Part shown: piece by piece, positions 48,513-58,861 of the stretch
How positions within the stretch are numbered: position 1 is the stretch's first letter
Layout of the letters: each line of letters opens with the position of its first letter
DNA from: Flavobacteriaceae bacterium UBA5950
Lineage (GTDB): Bacteria; Bacteroidota; Bacteroidia; Flavobacteriales; Flavobacteriaceae
Reading direction: 5' to 3'
DNA length: 64,000 nt
NCBI GenBank assembly: GCA_002430545.1
Contig: DJCM01000013.1
Coordinates: forward strand, 28,620-92,619
Program-made: the position numbers and the translations under genes
The notes under the pieces: generated by a model
The model's database searches: none
Told to the model about the DNA's origin: nothing
Seen by the model: the letters and a program-made list of their open reading frames with translations, nothing else

Positions 48513-50897
48513 ATGATTAAATGGGTTAAGACTCGGTTTTGGAGCACCGTTGCATCGCTCATTCTTCGCAATAGGGTTTTTTGCATACTCTTGATTGTTG
48601 CAACCACCATTTTTTTTGGGTTACAGTGGAAGAACATACGCTTTAGTTTTAATGAAGCAAGTCTCCTCCCCGATAACCACCCTTTCAACCTTAAGTACCA
48701 GTCATTTGTCGATCGTTTTGGAGATGAAGGCAACCTCATTGTTTTAGCAGTTCAAGACTCTACTTTGTTCAGTCCCGATAAGATTCAACAATGGAGCTCG
48801 CTCACCAAATCGTTTGAAGGTCTAGACGCAGTTGCCGCTGTTACAGGAATTGGCAACCTAAAACAGCTTTGGAAAAACACCAAACAACAAAGCTTTGAGG
48901 TGGAAGATGTCCCATATCAATTGGCTCGTGACCAACAAGAAGTGGACAAACTCGAAAAGAAACTCCTTGAACAATCACCCTTTTTTCATGGGGTTCTTCT
49001 CAACCCTGATACAGAGGTGTACCTGACAATCATCACCCTCAAAAAAGAAGTTGTCAACGCCAAAGAGCGAGAGCTTTTTGTCAATAATGAACTCTTGCCC
49101 AAAATCAGTGCCTTTGAAGCAGCATCTGCTTTGGACGTTCACATTTCGGGGATGCCCTATGTTCGGACAATCAATGCCTTTACCATTTTGAGTGAGATTC
49201 GGATGTTTGTTATTGTTGCGGCACTGGTTACGACTTTAATTTTCTTTTTCTTCTTTCGATCCTATCGAGCAACCTTTATTTCCATGGTCGTGGTCGTCAT
49301 CGGCGTCATGTGGGCCTTTGGGATATTGGGCTTTTTTGGATTTGAAATCACAGTGCTCACTGCTTTGATTCCTCCCATTGTGATTGTGATTGGCGTTCCC
49401 AATTGTATTTTCCTTATCAACAAATACCAACAAGAAGTCAAAAAACACGGCAATCAAGCCAGGTCTCTTCAACGTGTGATTATTAAAATTGGAAACGCAA
49501 CCCTGATGACCAATATGACCACAGCCCTTGGGTTTGCAACCTTTACTTTGACCAGCAGCAAACTGCTCATAGAATTTGGCTTGGTGGCTTCTGTCAATAT
49601 CATGCTTCTTTTTGTGTTGTCGCTTTTTGTGATTCCTATTCTTTACAGCTATATGAGTCTCCCCAATCGAAAGCATCTAGCGCACCTCAACCGAAACTGG
49701 ATGAACGACTTTATTGGATGGATGGAAAATATGGTTCGTTATCGTCGTGTGACTGTTTATTTTGTGTTTGTCATCTCCTTGATGATGAGCATTATTGGGA
49801 TTTACCAGATTAAACTTTCTGGCACCATCATCGACGACCTTCCAAAAGGAGCCGAGTTCTTCAAAGATGTTCGGTTTTTTGAAAATCAAATGAGTGGAAT
49901 CATGCCCATAGAGATTATGGTTGACACCAAAAGAAGAAATGGTGCAACGCAACTCTCAACGCTCAACCGAGTGGAACGTTTGGCATCACACATTCGAACT
50001 GTGCCTGAGCTTTCCGAGCCCTTGTCTATTGCCCATGTTGCCAAGTATGCAAAGCAAACCTATTACAATGGCAACCCACGTTATTTTTCGATGCCAACAA
50101 GGCAAGAATATTCGTTTATTGGGTCGTATGTCAACAACAGTTTATCGGCCGAAGGCATGGCTGAAAGTTTGGTTGATAGCACTGGTCAGTATATTCGTGT
50201 AAGCACAATGCTCAAAGATGTCAACACAGAACGAATGAAAGAAATTGAGGGTGATCTGTTGGCAGTTGTTGGAGAACTATTTCCAGCTGACCGATTTGAA
50301 ACAGAAGTCACTGGAAAAGCGCTTGGGTACTTAAAAGGAACTCGGTTTTTGGTTCGCAACCTAGTCTTGTCACTCTCCTTAGCAGTATTGATGATTGCCT
50401 TATTTATGGCCTATATGTTTCGTTCGTTTCGAATGATTCTCATTTCCTTGATTCCCAACATTATCCCTTTAATCCTCACTGCAGGGATGATGGGTTTTTT
50501 GGGGATTCCCATCAAGCCATCCACCATATTGGTCTTTAGTGTAGCTTTTGGGATATCTGTAGATGACACCATACACTATTTGGTCAAATACCGACAAGAA
50601 CTCCAAGCCACCAAATGGAAAATAAAAAAGTCGGTTTATCTGGCACTTCGCGAAACAGGAGTGAGTATGTTTTACACCTCTATTGTTTTATTTTTTGGAT
50701 TTTCAGTATTTATGATTTCTAGTTATGGCGGTACTGTAGCTTTGGGAGGCTTGGTGTCAGCAACCTTACTATTTGCCATGTTGGCCAACCTTATTCTTTT
50801 GCCATCGCTGTTGTTGTCGCTGGAGGAAAGTATCGCTAACAAAAGAACGCTCAAAAAACCCAGTATTGATCTATTGAAAGAGGATGAAAATAGCTGA
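48513..50897 (+). CDS. MMPL/RND superfamily transporter (two 6-TM bundles, sterol-sensing-domain-like)
   Basis: 794 aa with duplicated architecture: a periplasmic loop followed by a TM cluster, twice. No adjacent membrane-fusion or outer-membrane partner. Confidence 0.8.
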   Translation: MIKWVKTRFWSTVASLILRNRVFCILLIVATTIFFGLQWKNIRFSFNEASLLPDNHPFNLKYQSFVDRFGDEGNLIVLAVQDSTLFSPDKIQQWSSLTKSFEGLDAVAAVTGIGNLKQLWKNTKQQSFEVEDVPYQLARDQQEVDKLEKKLLEQSPFFHGVLLNPDTEVYLTIITLKKEVVNAKERELFVNNELLPKISAFEAASALDVHISGMPYVRTINAFTILSEIRMFVIVAALVTTLIFFFFFRSYRATFISMVVVVIGVMWAFGILGFFGFEITVLTALIPPIVIVIGVPNCIFLINKYQQEVKKHGNQARSLQRVIIKIGNATLMTNMTTALGFATFTLTSSKLLIEFGLVASVNIMLLFVLSLFVIPILYSYMSLPNRKHLAHLNRNWMNDFIGWMENMVRYRRVTVYFVFVISLMMSIIGIYQIKLSGTIIDDLPKGAEFFKDVRFFENQMSGIMPIEIMVDTKRRNGATQLSTLNRVERLASHIRTVPELSEPLSIAHVAKYAKQTYYNGNPRYFSMPTRQEYSFIGSYVNNSLSAEGMAESLVDSTGQYIRVSTMLKDVNTERMKEIEGDLLAVVGELFPADRFETEVTGKALGYLKGTRFLVRNLVLSLSLAVLMIALFMAYMFRSFRMILISLIPNIIPLILTAGMMGFLGIPIKPSTILVFSVAFGISVDDTIHYLVKYRQELQATKWKIKKSVYLALRETGVSMFYTSIVLFFGFSVFMISSYGGTVALGGLVSATLLFAMLANLILLPSLLLSLEESIANKRTLKKPSIDLLKEDENS

Positions 50898-50919
50898 TGA
50901 ACTTGCTTGTAAAATGAAG

Positions 50920-50927
50920 TATATTTG
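50920..50927 (+). promoter_or_regulatory. candidate -7 box (TATATTTG) upstream of asnS
   Basis: Exact match, 18 nt before ATG 50946. Confidence 0.5.
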
Positions 50928-50945
50928 TAGCCGAAATTCGATTTG

Positions 50946-52379
50946 ATGAAAACGCAAACGATACAAGAACTTTTCTTTGCCACTCATCTGCACCAAAAAG
51001 TGAGTCTGCAGGGCTGGGTGCGCACCTTTCGTGCCAATCGTTTTATTGCGCTCAATGACGGATCAACGCTCAACAACCTTCAGTGTGTTGTGGACTTTGA
51101 ACAAACCGACGAAAATCTACTCAAAAGAATCACAACTGGTGCTGCCTTACACATCGAAGGAACACTAGTCGAAAGCCAAGGAAAGGGGCAGAAATACGAA
51201 GTACAAGTCAGTCATCTGGAAGTCATTGGCGATTCTGATCCAGATCAATATCCCATCCAACCAAAAAAACACAGTTTTGAGTTTTTAAGAGACAATGCAC
51301 ATCTTCGTGTCCGAACCTCCACTTTTTCGACAGTGATGAGGGTTCGCTCTGCGCTATCATTTGCTGTTCATGACTATTTTAGGAAGGAAGGGTTTTATTA
51401 TGTTCATACCCCTATTATTACAGGAAGTGATGCCGAAGGGGCAGGTGAAATGTTTCGTGTGAGTACCTTAGACCCCAAACAAGCTCCCCTGAACGAATCA
51501 GGGGATACAGATTTTAAAAAAGACTTTTTTGGTAAGGAAACAAACCTTACTGTTTCTGGTCAGTTGGAAGCCGAAACATACGCAATGGGACTGGGTAAGG
51601 TGTACACATTCGGACCCACATTTCGTGCAGAAAACTCCAATACTTCCCGTCATTTGGCTGAGTTTTGGATGATTGAACCCGAAGTTGCTTTTTATCAACT
51701 CGATCAGAACATGGATTTGGCTGAAGACTTCATCAAATATGTGCTTCAGTATGTTGTCGATAATTGTGAAGACGATTTGGCATTTCTGGATCAACGCTTG
51801 TCGAATGAAGAAAAAACAAAACCACAAATCGAGCGACGAGCAATGGGTTTGCTCGAACAAATTCGCTTTGTTGTCGACAATCAATTTGTTCGACTATCGT
51901 ACACTGAAGCCTTTGATATTTTGAGAAACTCAAAACCAAACAAGAAGAAAAAGTTCAAGTTTCCTGTGGATGAATGGGGCGTTGATCTGCAAAGTGAGCA
52001 TGAGCGCTACTTGGTCGAAAAACACTTTAAATGCCCTGTGATTTTGTTTGACTATCCTGCCAAAATCAAAGCATTTTATATGCGTCTTAATGATGACGGA
52101 AAAACTGTTCGTGCAATGGATGTATTGTTTCCTGGCATTGGTGAGATGGTGGGTGGTGCACAACGAGAAGAGCGACTTGATGTGTTGCAAAAACGAATGT
52201 CTGAAATGGGAATTGAAGAAAAAGAGCTCGACTGGTACTTGGATTTGCGCCGATTTGGAACAGCCCCTCATGCTGGATTTGGATTGGGATTTGAGCGCTT
52301 GGTTCAATTTGCAACAGGAATGTCCAACATCCGTGATGTAATTCCCTTTCCACGTACCCCCCAAAACGCATCCTTCTAA
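50946..52379 (+). CDS. asnS: asparagine--tRNA ligase
   Basis: Class II motifs: [33 protein letters not shown]. Confidence 0.95.
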   Translation: MKTQTIQELFFATHLHQKVSLQGWVRTFRANRFIALNDGSTLNNLQCVVDFEQTDENLLKRITTGAALHIEGTLVESQGKGQKYEVQVSHLEVIGDSDPDQYPIQPKKHSFEFLRDNAHLRVRTSTFSTVMRVRSALSFAVHDYFRKEGFYYVHTPIITGSDAEGAGEMFRVSTLDPKQAPLNESGDTDFKKDFFGKETNLTVSGQLEAETYAMGLGKVYTFGPTFRAENSNTSRHLAEFWMIEPEVAFYQLDQNMDLAEDFIKYVLQYVVDNCEDDLAFLDQRLSNEEKTKPQIERRAMGLLEQIRFVVDNQFVRLSYTEAFDILRNSKPNKKKKFKFPVDEWGVDLQSEHERYLVEKHFKCPVILFDYPAKIKAFYMRLNDDGKTVRAMDVLFPGIGEMVGGAQREERLDVLQKRMSEMGIEEKELDWYLDLRRFGTAPHAGFGLGFERLVQFATGMSNIRDVIPFPRTPQNASF

Positions 52380-52431
52380 AACAGTTTTTATCTGACAAGG
52401 TTTTTTGTACCTTTAGGATAGTAAAATAGTC

Positions 52432-53874
52432 ATGTTAAAACAACAACTCAATTTAAAGCTTTCCCAAAAGCTATCGCCTCAGCAAATTCAGTTGATGAAA
52501 CTGATTCAATTGCCCACACTTTCTTTTGAACAAAAACTACAACAGGAACTTGAAGAAAATCCAGCACTAGAAGCTGGAAAAGAAGCAACTGAAAATCAAG
52601 ATTTTGACACCACGCAAGATGACGATCGCGATATCATAGAAACAGATATCAACGTCGACGAATATCTGAGTGATGACGAAATCCCTTCCTATCGCCTCAA
52701 TACAAACAACCATAGCCCTGATGATGATGACAAACAGGTGCCCTATGCCGCTGGTATTAGCTTTACCCAATTTCTGATGGATCAAATGCGAACATTTAGC
52801 ATGGGTGAAACCGATAGTCAAATTGCGCAGTTTTTGATTGGCAGTATTGATGATACAGGATATATCCGAAGGAGTTTACTTGACATTGTCGATGATTTGG
52901 CGTTTACAGAAAACTTATATGTGGAAGAAAATCAGGTGCAAAAAGTCCTCGAAAAAGTACAACAACTCGACCCTGCGGGCGTTGGTGCATTGGACCTGCA
53001 AGAGTGTTTGGCACTTCAACTACAACGCAAATCTCAATCGCCTGAAGTTTCGCTTGCCTACAACATCATCAAGTTTCATTTTACACCATTTTCAAAAAAG
53101 CATTTTGATAAATTGATGAGTACACTAGGCATTGATGAAAATCAACTAAAAGATGCCATCGCTGAGATTGAAAAACTAAATCCAAAGCCGGGGGCTTCGT
53201 ATGCATCATCAACCAAAATCAATAGTCATATCACCCCCGATTTTACAATTCGAATTGTGGAAAGCGAATTGCAACTCTCCCTAAATGGAAGGAATGCTCC
53301 TGAACTTCATGTTTCAGCCTCTTATAAAAATATGATGGAAGGCTATAAAGAGTCGGCTGTGAAAAGTAAAGAACAACAAGAAGCTGTTTTGTTTATCAAG
53401 CAAAAACTCGATGCTGCCAAATGGTTTATCGATGCAGTTAACCAACGAAACCACACCCTATTCATTACTATGAATGCAATCATGGATTATCAAAAAGACT
53501 ATTTTTTATCTGGTGATGAGCAAAAAATCAAACCAATGGTGTTACGTGACATTGCAAGCATTATTCAGATGGATATCTCAACAGTGTCCAGGGTCGCCAA
53601 TAGCAAATACGTAGACACCCCTTATGGCACCCGACTGCTCAAATCTTTCTTTTCTGAAGGGATGACCAACAGTGAAGGAGAGGATGTGTCGTCTATAGAA
53701 ATCAGAAAAGCCTTGGAAGATATCATTGCTTCGGAAGACAAAACGAGCCCTCTTACTGACGAGGAACTGAAAAAACAACTCAATCAAAAAGGATATCCAG
53801 TTGCCCGTCGCACTGTTGCCAAATACCGAGATATTATAGGTGCTCCTGTGGCACGATTGCGAAAAAAGCTGTAA
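52432..53874 (+). CDS. rpoN: RNA polymerase sigma-54 factor
   Basis: N-terminal Gln-rich region I and C-terminal RpoN box ARRTVAKYR. Confidence 0.95.
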   Translation: MLKQQLNLKLSQKLSPQQIQLMKLIQLPTLSFEQKLQQELEENPALEAGKEATENQDFDTTQDDDRDIIETDINVDEYLSDDEIPSYRLNTNNHSPDDDDKQVPYAAGISFTQFLMDQMRTFSMGETDSQIAQFLIGSIDDTGYIRRSLLDIVDDLAFTENLYVEENQVQKVLEKVQQLDPAGVGALDLQECLALQLQRKSQSPEVSLAYNIIKFHFTPFSKKHFDKLMSTLGIDENQLKDAIAEIEKLNPKPGASYASSTKINSHITPDFTIRIVESELQLSLNGRNAPELHVSASYKNMMEGYKESAVKSKEQQEAVLFIKQKLDAAKWFIDAVNQRNHTLFITMNAIMDYQKDYFLSGDEQKIKPMVLRDIASIIQMDISTVSRVANSKYVDTPYGTRLLKSFFSEGMTNSEGEDVSSIEIRKALEDIIASEDKTSPLTDEELKKQLNQKGYPVARRTVAKYRDIIGAPVARLRKKL

Positions 53875-53936
53875 GAAATCATTTTCTTCACACTACTTTC
53901 TACATCAATCTTTAAGAGAAAACAGATTTAAGACAA

Positions 53937-55763
53937 CTACTCGTAGGCAGTATAATAAATCTCCAATTGCAACCGAAGATCAGGGTTGCTGTGGTTTGGT
54001 CCAGCAAGAATCACTCTCGTTGGGGTGCTGATTGTAGATTGTGGAATACTAAACTCTGTAGGAGAAATAACACCTGAAATTTGGGTGTTGATGAATGGTG
54101 AGCTCGTACTCAATCCAAGACGTATATTTTCAAAGTCTGCAGACTCACGAATGAGGTTGCTGATATGTTTAGTAATCACAAATTTGTATAAGGTTAGCTC
54201 GCCTTGGTCATCATATTGCGCAAGACCCCCAAAAGTTGTTTTGTTGTCTTCAGGATATGAGCCAGCACTTGCGTCGATTGAAAAATCTTCAAGGGGTGAG
54301 CCATCGCTCTCAGTAAACAAGTACAAACGGTTGGGTAAATCTTTAATGCCCAATGCATTGATTTTCTGCTGGTCAACGTGTAAAATGAGATTGGCTTCAT
54401 TGATCAGCCAAGGGTTTGCTTGAAGGTTTTCCAGTTGCAATTGGCCATCAGCGCCTGCAAATAAATCAATAGTGGAGAAAACACCTAACCCCCCTTTGAG
54501 GTATATATTTTGTCCATCATCATTTCCACTTAATGCTGTTTGAATTTCGGAATCGGGTGCCGATTGTGTGATGGTATTAAATCGAACCCCACGCAAGTTG
54601 ATGCTAAACGTCGATGAACTGTCTTGAGAAACATAGTCATCTGCATTTGCTGCATCACCATCATCACTAAGCGTTAGTTCTTTATAATCGTAATTTATTT
54701 TGATCTGCCCAGCCCCAAAATTGAGTTGCATCAGTAATGGATTGGTTGGTTGCATATCGATCACAATTCCATTGAAATATTCTTGAAAACGATTGTTGTC
54801 AATGATCACATCATCCCCCTCTTTATCAAGGATATACTGCTGAAAAAAAGAGGTGTCTAAGGGGATTCTAATGCGTGGGGTCAGTCGTTGATTTAATTCT
54901 GTTGACTCATCAACATCATCAGTTTCAGGATCGTCTTCTTTGAAATAAACGATTTCGTTAAAATCAAGTGTTATTTTGTCATCAAACAAAGTAATTGATG
55001 TCAACCCATCTTGAACGAAGTCTATGTCAGAATAAAACATGTTATCTGATTCAAAATTATTATTGGGGTCAAGCGTCGATAAATAATAATCTAATTTTTT
55101 GACTTGAAAATGTAGCTCTTGGTCAGTGTCGCCGAACAAGTAGTCAATTTCATATACATTCGCTTCGTTATCAGGATTTACTGTTTCGTCATCTTCCGCA
55201 TCATTCAGACCATCTCCATCAGTGTCGGGGTTGAGTGGATCGAGGTTTCCAGACCTTGACTCGTCAGCGTCAGTGAGAGTATCACCATCTGAGTCACTTT
55301 GGGGGTCATAGGGATCTGCGTCAAGGGAATCAATCACGCCATCACCATCTCGATCGCGTTGATTAGTGTAGAATGGTATTTCCAACCACACTTCTGTTAC
55401 TGTTTCTTGCTCATCATGTGGGTTCTTGTTGGTCGTGTCTGAGCTGACTCCATTCGTTTCGGTATCTGAACTCATACTTCCAAAAGTTCCGGTTGAGCTT
55501 GTGGCTAGGCTCAATTGAGTCGTAAAGCTCGCCTTGGTATTTCCAAACACAGCATCTTCATACTCTCCCAAAGAAAAAAAAGACAGATTGTCTGTTCGAA
55601 CGACTTCAATGGACTTGTGCTCAGCTCCAACTGGGGCAGTTTCTTTTTCAATGACAAAAGTATCTGATGGAAGTAGCGATGCCCCTAGATCATTGAATTC
55701 TTTTTCACAAGAGGAGACAAAGAGTAAAATGGCAAATAACCCAACGGATAATTTGAAATTCAT
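53937..55763 (-). CDS. DUF4270 family lipoprotein with inserted Ca-binding (thrombospondin type 3-like) Asp repeats
   Basis: Lipobox FVSSC. DRDGDGVIDSLDADPYDPQSDSDGDTLTD...NPDTDGDGLNDAEDD. Typical position next to the half-size GT5 gene in Flavobacteriia. Confidence 0.7.
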   Translation of the reverse strand: MNFKLSVGLFAILLFVSSCEKEFNDLGASLLPSDTFVIEKETAPVGAEHKSIEVVRTDNLSFFSLGEYEDAVFGNTKASFTTQLSLATSSTGTFGSMSSDTETNGVSSDTTNKNPHDEQETVTEVWLEIPFYTNQRDRDGDGVIDSLDADPYDPQSDSDGDTLTDADESRSGNLDPLNPDTDGDGLNDAEDDETVNPDNEANVYEIDYLFGDTDQELHFQVKKLDYYLSTLDPNNNFESDNMFYSDIDFVQDGLTSITLFDDKITLDFNEIVYFKEDDPETDDVDESTELNQRLTPRIRIPLDTSFFQQYILDKEGDDVIIDNNRFQEYFNGIVIDMQPTNPLLMQLNFGAGQIKINYDYKELTLSDDGDAANADDYVSQDSSSTFSINLRGVRFNTITQSAPDSEIQTALSGNDDGQNIYLKGGLGVFSTIDLFAGADGQLQLENLQANPWLINEANLILHVDQQKINALGIKDLPNRLYLFTESDGSPLEDFSIDASAGSYPEDNKTTFGGLAQYDDQGELTLYKFVITKHISNLIRESADFENIRLGLSTSSPFINTQISGVISPTEFSIPQSTISTPTRVILAGPNHSNPDLRLQLEIYYTAYE

Positions 55764-56578
55764 TTCTCTAACTTGAGGATTTGGTTTGTGTAAAATTCAT
55801 TATAATCCTCCTCAAAACTTTCTTTGGAAGAGGAATGAAGTATGGGTTTGTTGGAAGATAAAATTTCTTTCTTCACACTTTTATCGATGTCAGTATCTGC
55901 AATAATCAAACCATCGGAGTTGGCTATCGCATTTTTTGCGAGAGCAGAAAAATTGGGGGTTTTCAGACCTTTGGTCAACTCAACATCTAGGCCATCAAAG
56001 GCTAATTTTTTAATCAGGTTAGAGGAAAGAGGTTCTTCAAATGGTGTATTAAAAATTGAAGAAACGACTTTGGTGTTGGCCAAAATTGGTTCATCTGTGT
56101 AATAATGCTTGCAATAAAGCGGCATCAGCATCGCAATCCATCCTTGCACATGAATAATATCGGGAGCCCAATTGAGTTTTTTGACTGTTTCAATCACACC
56201 TTTAGCAAAAAAGATCGCTCGTTCATCATTGTCTTTATACAACTTCCCATTTTCATCTTTTTCCAACTGTCTTCCTTTAAAGTAGTCTTCGTTATCAATG
56301 AAATAAACCTGCATGCGTTCTTTTGGAATAGAAGCAACCTTTATGATCAAAGGCACATCGATATCATTGATCACAAGATTCATTCCTGAAAGACGAATTA
56401 CTTCGTGTAACTGATGGCGGCGTTCGTTGATCAAACCATACTTTGGAATAAAAATTCGGGTTTGTCCACCAACCTCATTTACCATTTTAGGAAGAGAGAA
56501 GGTCATCGTTGATAAATTCGATTCTGGTAGATAAGGAACCACCTCAGATGAAACGAATAGGACTTTTTTATCTGTCAT
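55760..56578 (-). CDS. glycogen/starch synthase N-terminal-domain (GT5) protein, half-size
   Basis: MTDKKVLFVSSEVVPYLPES... resembles the GlgA N-terminal Rossmann domain. Only about 272 aa with no C-terminal GT domain. ATGA overlap with the DUF4270 gene. Confidence 0.7.
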   Translation of the reverse strand: MTDKKVLFVSSEVVPYLPESNLSTMTFSLPKMVNEVGGQTRIFIPKYGLINERRHQLHEVIRLSGMNLVINDIDVPLIIKVASIPKERMQVYFIDNEDYFKGRQLEKDENGKLYKDNDERAIFFAKGVIETVKKLNWAPDIIHVQGWIAMLMPLYCKHYYTDEPILANTKVVSSIFNTPFEEPLSSNLIKKLAFDGLDVELTKGLKTPNFSALAKNAIANSDGLIIADTDIDKSVKKEILSSNKPILHSSSKESFEEDYNEFYTNQILKLEK

Positions 56579-56675
56579 AAAACCCAAAGATTATTCTTTT
56601 TGGAGTATGCGAAATTACGAAAATTATACCGAAGTTTGCCCATAATTCCTAACGGAAGGTGTTAAACTTTTCTAA

Positions 56676-57515
56676 ATGCCAAAAGTCTTCACGACAGAAG
56701 AGTTGCGTCTCTTTCAAAGAAAAAACGACAACAATCGCAGTTGGGGTCTGGTTCCTACTATGGGTTCTTTGCACCAAGGGCATCTGAAACTCATTCAAAA
56801 AGCATATGCAGAAAATGCTGTGACATTTGTTAGTATTTTTGTCAATCCCACGCAATTTGACTCCAAGAATGATTTAGAAAACTATCCATCAACAATCGAT
56901 GCTGATGTTGAGAAAATACATGCGATAGACCCAAATATCTGTGTATTTATCCCAAGTGTTGAAACCATTTATCCAAATGGTGCTAAAGCAAAAAAGTATG
57001 CGTTACAAGGATTGGACAAACCCTTGGAGGGAATGTATCGCCCTGGGCATTTTGATGGGGTTGCAACAGTCGTTGAGCGTTTGTTTACACTCGTTCAACC
57101 TGATGTTGCTTATTTTGGTCAAAAAGATTTTCAACAATTGCAAATTGTTTCTCTTTTGGCAAAACCATTGGGGATTGAGATTCGAAGTCTGCCAACCGTT
57201 CGCGAAGCCAATGGACTCGCCATAAGCTCTCGCAACAGTCACTTGTCTGACGAAGGCAGAGAAAGCGCAAAACAGATTTATAAGGCTTTACAAATCGTTA
57301 AATCCAAATTTTCCTCCCTTACTATCGATACACTAAAAACGATGGCTATTCAAAAACTCTCCGAAACCCCTCAAATGGAGCTAGTGTACTTCGAAATTGT
57401 TGCAGAACACAACTTGAGTGTTGTGCAATCAAAGGCAAAAGGGGTATCTTATCGCGCCTTTGTTGCTGTTGTTGTTGAAGGCACCCGATTGATAGATAAT
57501 ATCTCTCTCAATTAA
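56676..57515 (+). CDS. panC: pantoate--beta-alanine ligase
   Basis: [30 protein letters not shown]. Confidence 0.95.
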   Translation: MPKVFTTEELRLFQRKNDNNRSWGLVPTMGSLHQGHLKLIQKAYAENAVTFVSIFVNPTQFDSKNDLENYPSTIDADVEKIHAIDPNICVFIPSVETIYPNGAKAKKYALQGLDKPLEGMYRPGHFDGVATVVERLFTLVQPDVAYFGQKDFQQLQIVSLLAKPLGIEIRSLPTVREANGLAISSRNSHLSDEGRESAKQIYKALQIVKSKFSSLTIDTLKTMAIQKLSETPQMELVYFEIVAEHNLSVVQSKAKGVSYRAFVAVVVEGTRLIDNISLN

Positions 57516-57516
57516 G

Positions 57517-57524
57517 TATATTTG
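57517..57524 (+). promoter_or_regulatory. candidate -7 box (TATATTTG) in the 13-nt panC-panD spacer
   Basis: Exact match, 4 nt before ATG 57529. Confidence 0.4.
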
Positions 57525-57528
57525 CAGC

Positions 57529-57879
57529 ATGACAATCGAAGTTCTTAAATCCAAAATTCATCGTGTCACCGTCACTGGTGCAGAGCTGGATTATGTGGGT
57601 AGCATTACAATCGATCCTGTTTTGATGGATGCTGTAGATTTGATTGCAGGCGAGAAGGTTAATGTTGTCAATGTAAACAATGGTGAACGCCTAGAAACCT
57701 ATATCATTGAAGGGGTGAAAAACAGTGGGGAGATTACTCTTAATGGCCCTGCTGCGCGTAAAGCCCAAAAGGGAGATATCGTTATCATCATCAGTTATGC
57801 CCAAATGACTGTAGGAGAGGCAAAAAACTTTGATCCTAAAATCATCTTCCCTAATACAAAGACCAATACCCTACAATAG
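57529..57879 (+). CDS. panD: aspartate 1-decarboxylase
   Basis: [24 protein letters not shown] (Gly-Ser self-processing site). Confidence 0.96.
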   Translation: MTIEVLKSKIHRVTVTGAELDYVGSITIDPVLMDAVDLIAGEKVNVVNVNNGERLETYIIEGVKNSGEITLNGPAARKAQKGDIVIIISYAQMTVGEAKNFDPKIIFPNTKTNTLQ

Positions 57880-57881
57880 TT

Positions 57882-58844
57882 TTGTCTAAACCCCTCATTT
57901 CCGCATTACGCAACATCATCCCACTAAGTATTGGTGTTTTTCTCATCTACTACTCACTGAGCTCAATCACTGCAGATCAACGCTCACAGATTTGGTCAAC
58001 GATTCGGCAAGCGCACCCCTTACCCATTTTGATTTCTGTCATCTTTGGTGTTATGAGTCATCTGTCTCGCGCATACCGATGGAAATATCAACTCAACCCA
58101 TTGGGTTATCATCCAAAATTGATTAACCTCATAGGTTCGGTACTGGTCAATTATCTGTCAAACTTGGGCATCCCCCGCTCAGGAGATGTTCTTCGAGTGA
58201 CAGTCATATCTGCCTACGAAAACATCCCTTTTTCCAAAGGAGTGGGAACATTGATTAGCGAACGAGTCATCGATCTTGTTATCATGTTGTTGCTCGTCTT
58301 CTCAGCGATCTACGTCGGAGGAGATTGGGTCAAAGCAGAACTCAGCGAATCATCTGGACTCCTCATGAGTTTTTATATCATCATAGTGTTGGTTGTTGCG
58401 ATCATGGTGTTTCCTTTTCTGATAAATAGCGAGCGATTTCCTTTTTTGGCTCGTATAAAAAGCTTTTTTCTCAATATCTATCAAGGCATTTTATCGATTG
58501 GTTCCGTTTCCAATGCGTATGCTTTTTGGGCACATACCATTTTTATTTGGGTGTTGTATATCATGATGTTTTGGGTGATTCAGTTTTCATTGCCTCTTTC
58601 AGCCACTCTCGGACTCGAGGTTATCCTTGTAGGTTTTGTAGCAGGAGGGCTTTCGATTACTTTTACCAATGGTGGAATTGGATTGTATCCACTTGCAGTC
58701 GCAACAGTACTCAACCACTATGGTATGCCCTATGAAATGGCGCTTGCCTATGGGTGGATTGCATGGTCAACCCAAACCATTATGATTCTCATTTTTGGTG
58801 GTTTATCTTTTGCCTTTTTACCTGTTGTCAACAGAAAAAAATAA
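57882..58844 (+). CDS. UPF0104 / lysylphosphatidylglycerol-synthase-TM-region-like (flippase-like) membrane protein
   Basis: 320-aa polytopic protein. TTG start 2 nt after the panD stop; the N-terminus matches the family layout. Confidence 0.65.
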   Translation: MSKPLISALRNIIPLSIGVFLIYYSLSSITADQRSQIWSTIRQAHPLPILISVIFGVMSHLSRAYRWKYQLNPLGYHPKLINLIGSVLVNYLSNLGIPRSGDVLRVTVISAYENIPFSKGVGTLISERVIDLVIMLLLVFSAIYVGGDWVKAELSESSGLLMSFYIIIVLVVAIMVFPFLINSERFPFLARIKSFFLNIYQGILSIGSVSNAYAFWAHTIFIWVLYIMMFWVIQFSLPLSATLGLEVILVGFVAGGLSITFTNGGIGLYPLAVATVLNHYGMPYEMALAYGWIAWSTQTIMILIFGGLSFAFLPVVNRKK

Positions 58845-58861
58845 GTATCTTTCGGAGGAAG

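Noticed and set aside
58754-58861. 36-aa N-terminal extension of radA overlapping the UPF0104 gene
   Set aside because: RadA proteins begin at the Zn-finger (MAKVKTAFFCKNCG). The extension overlaps the upstream CDS by 90 nt.
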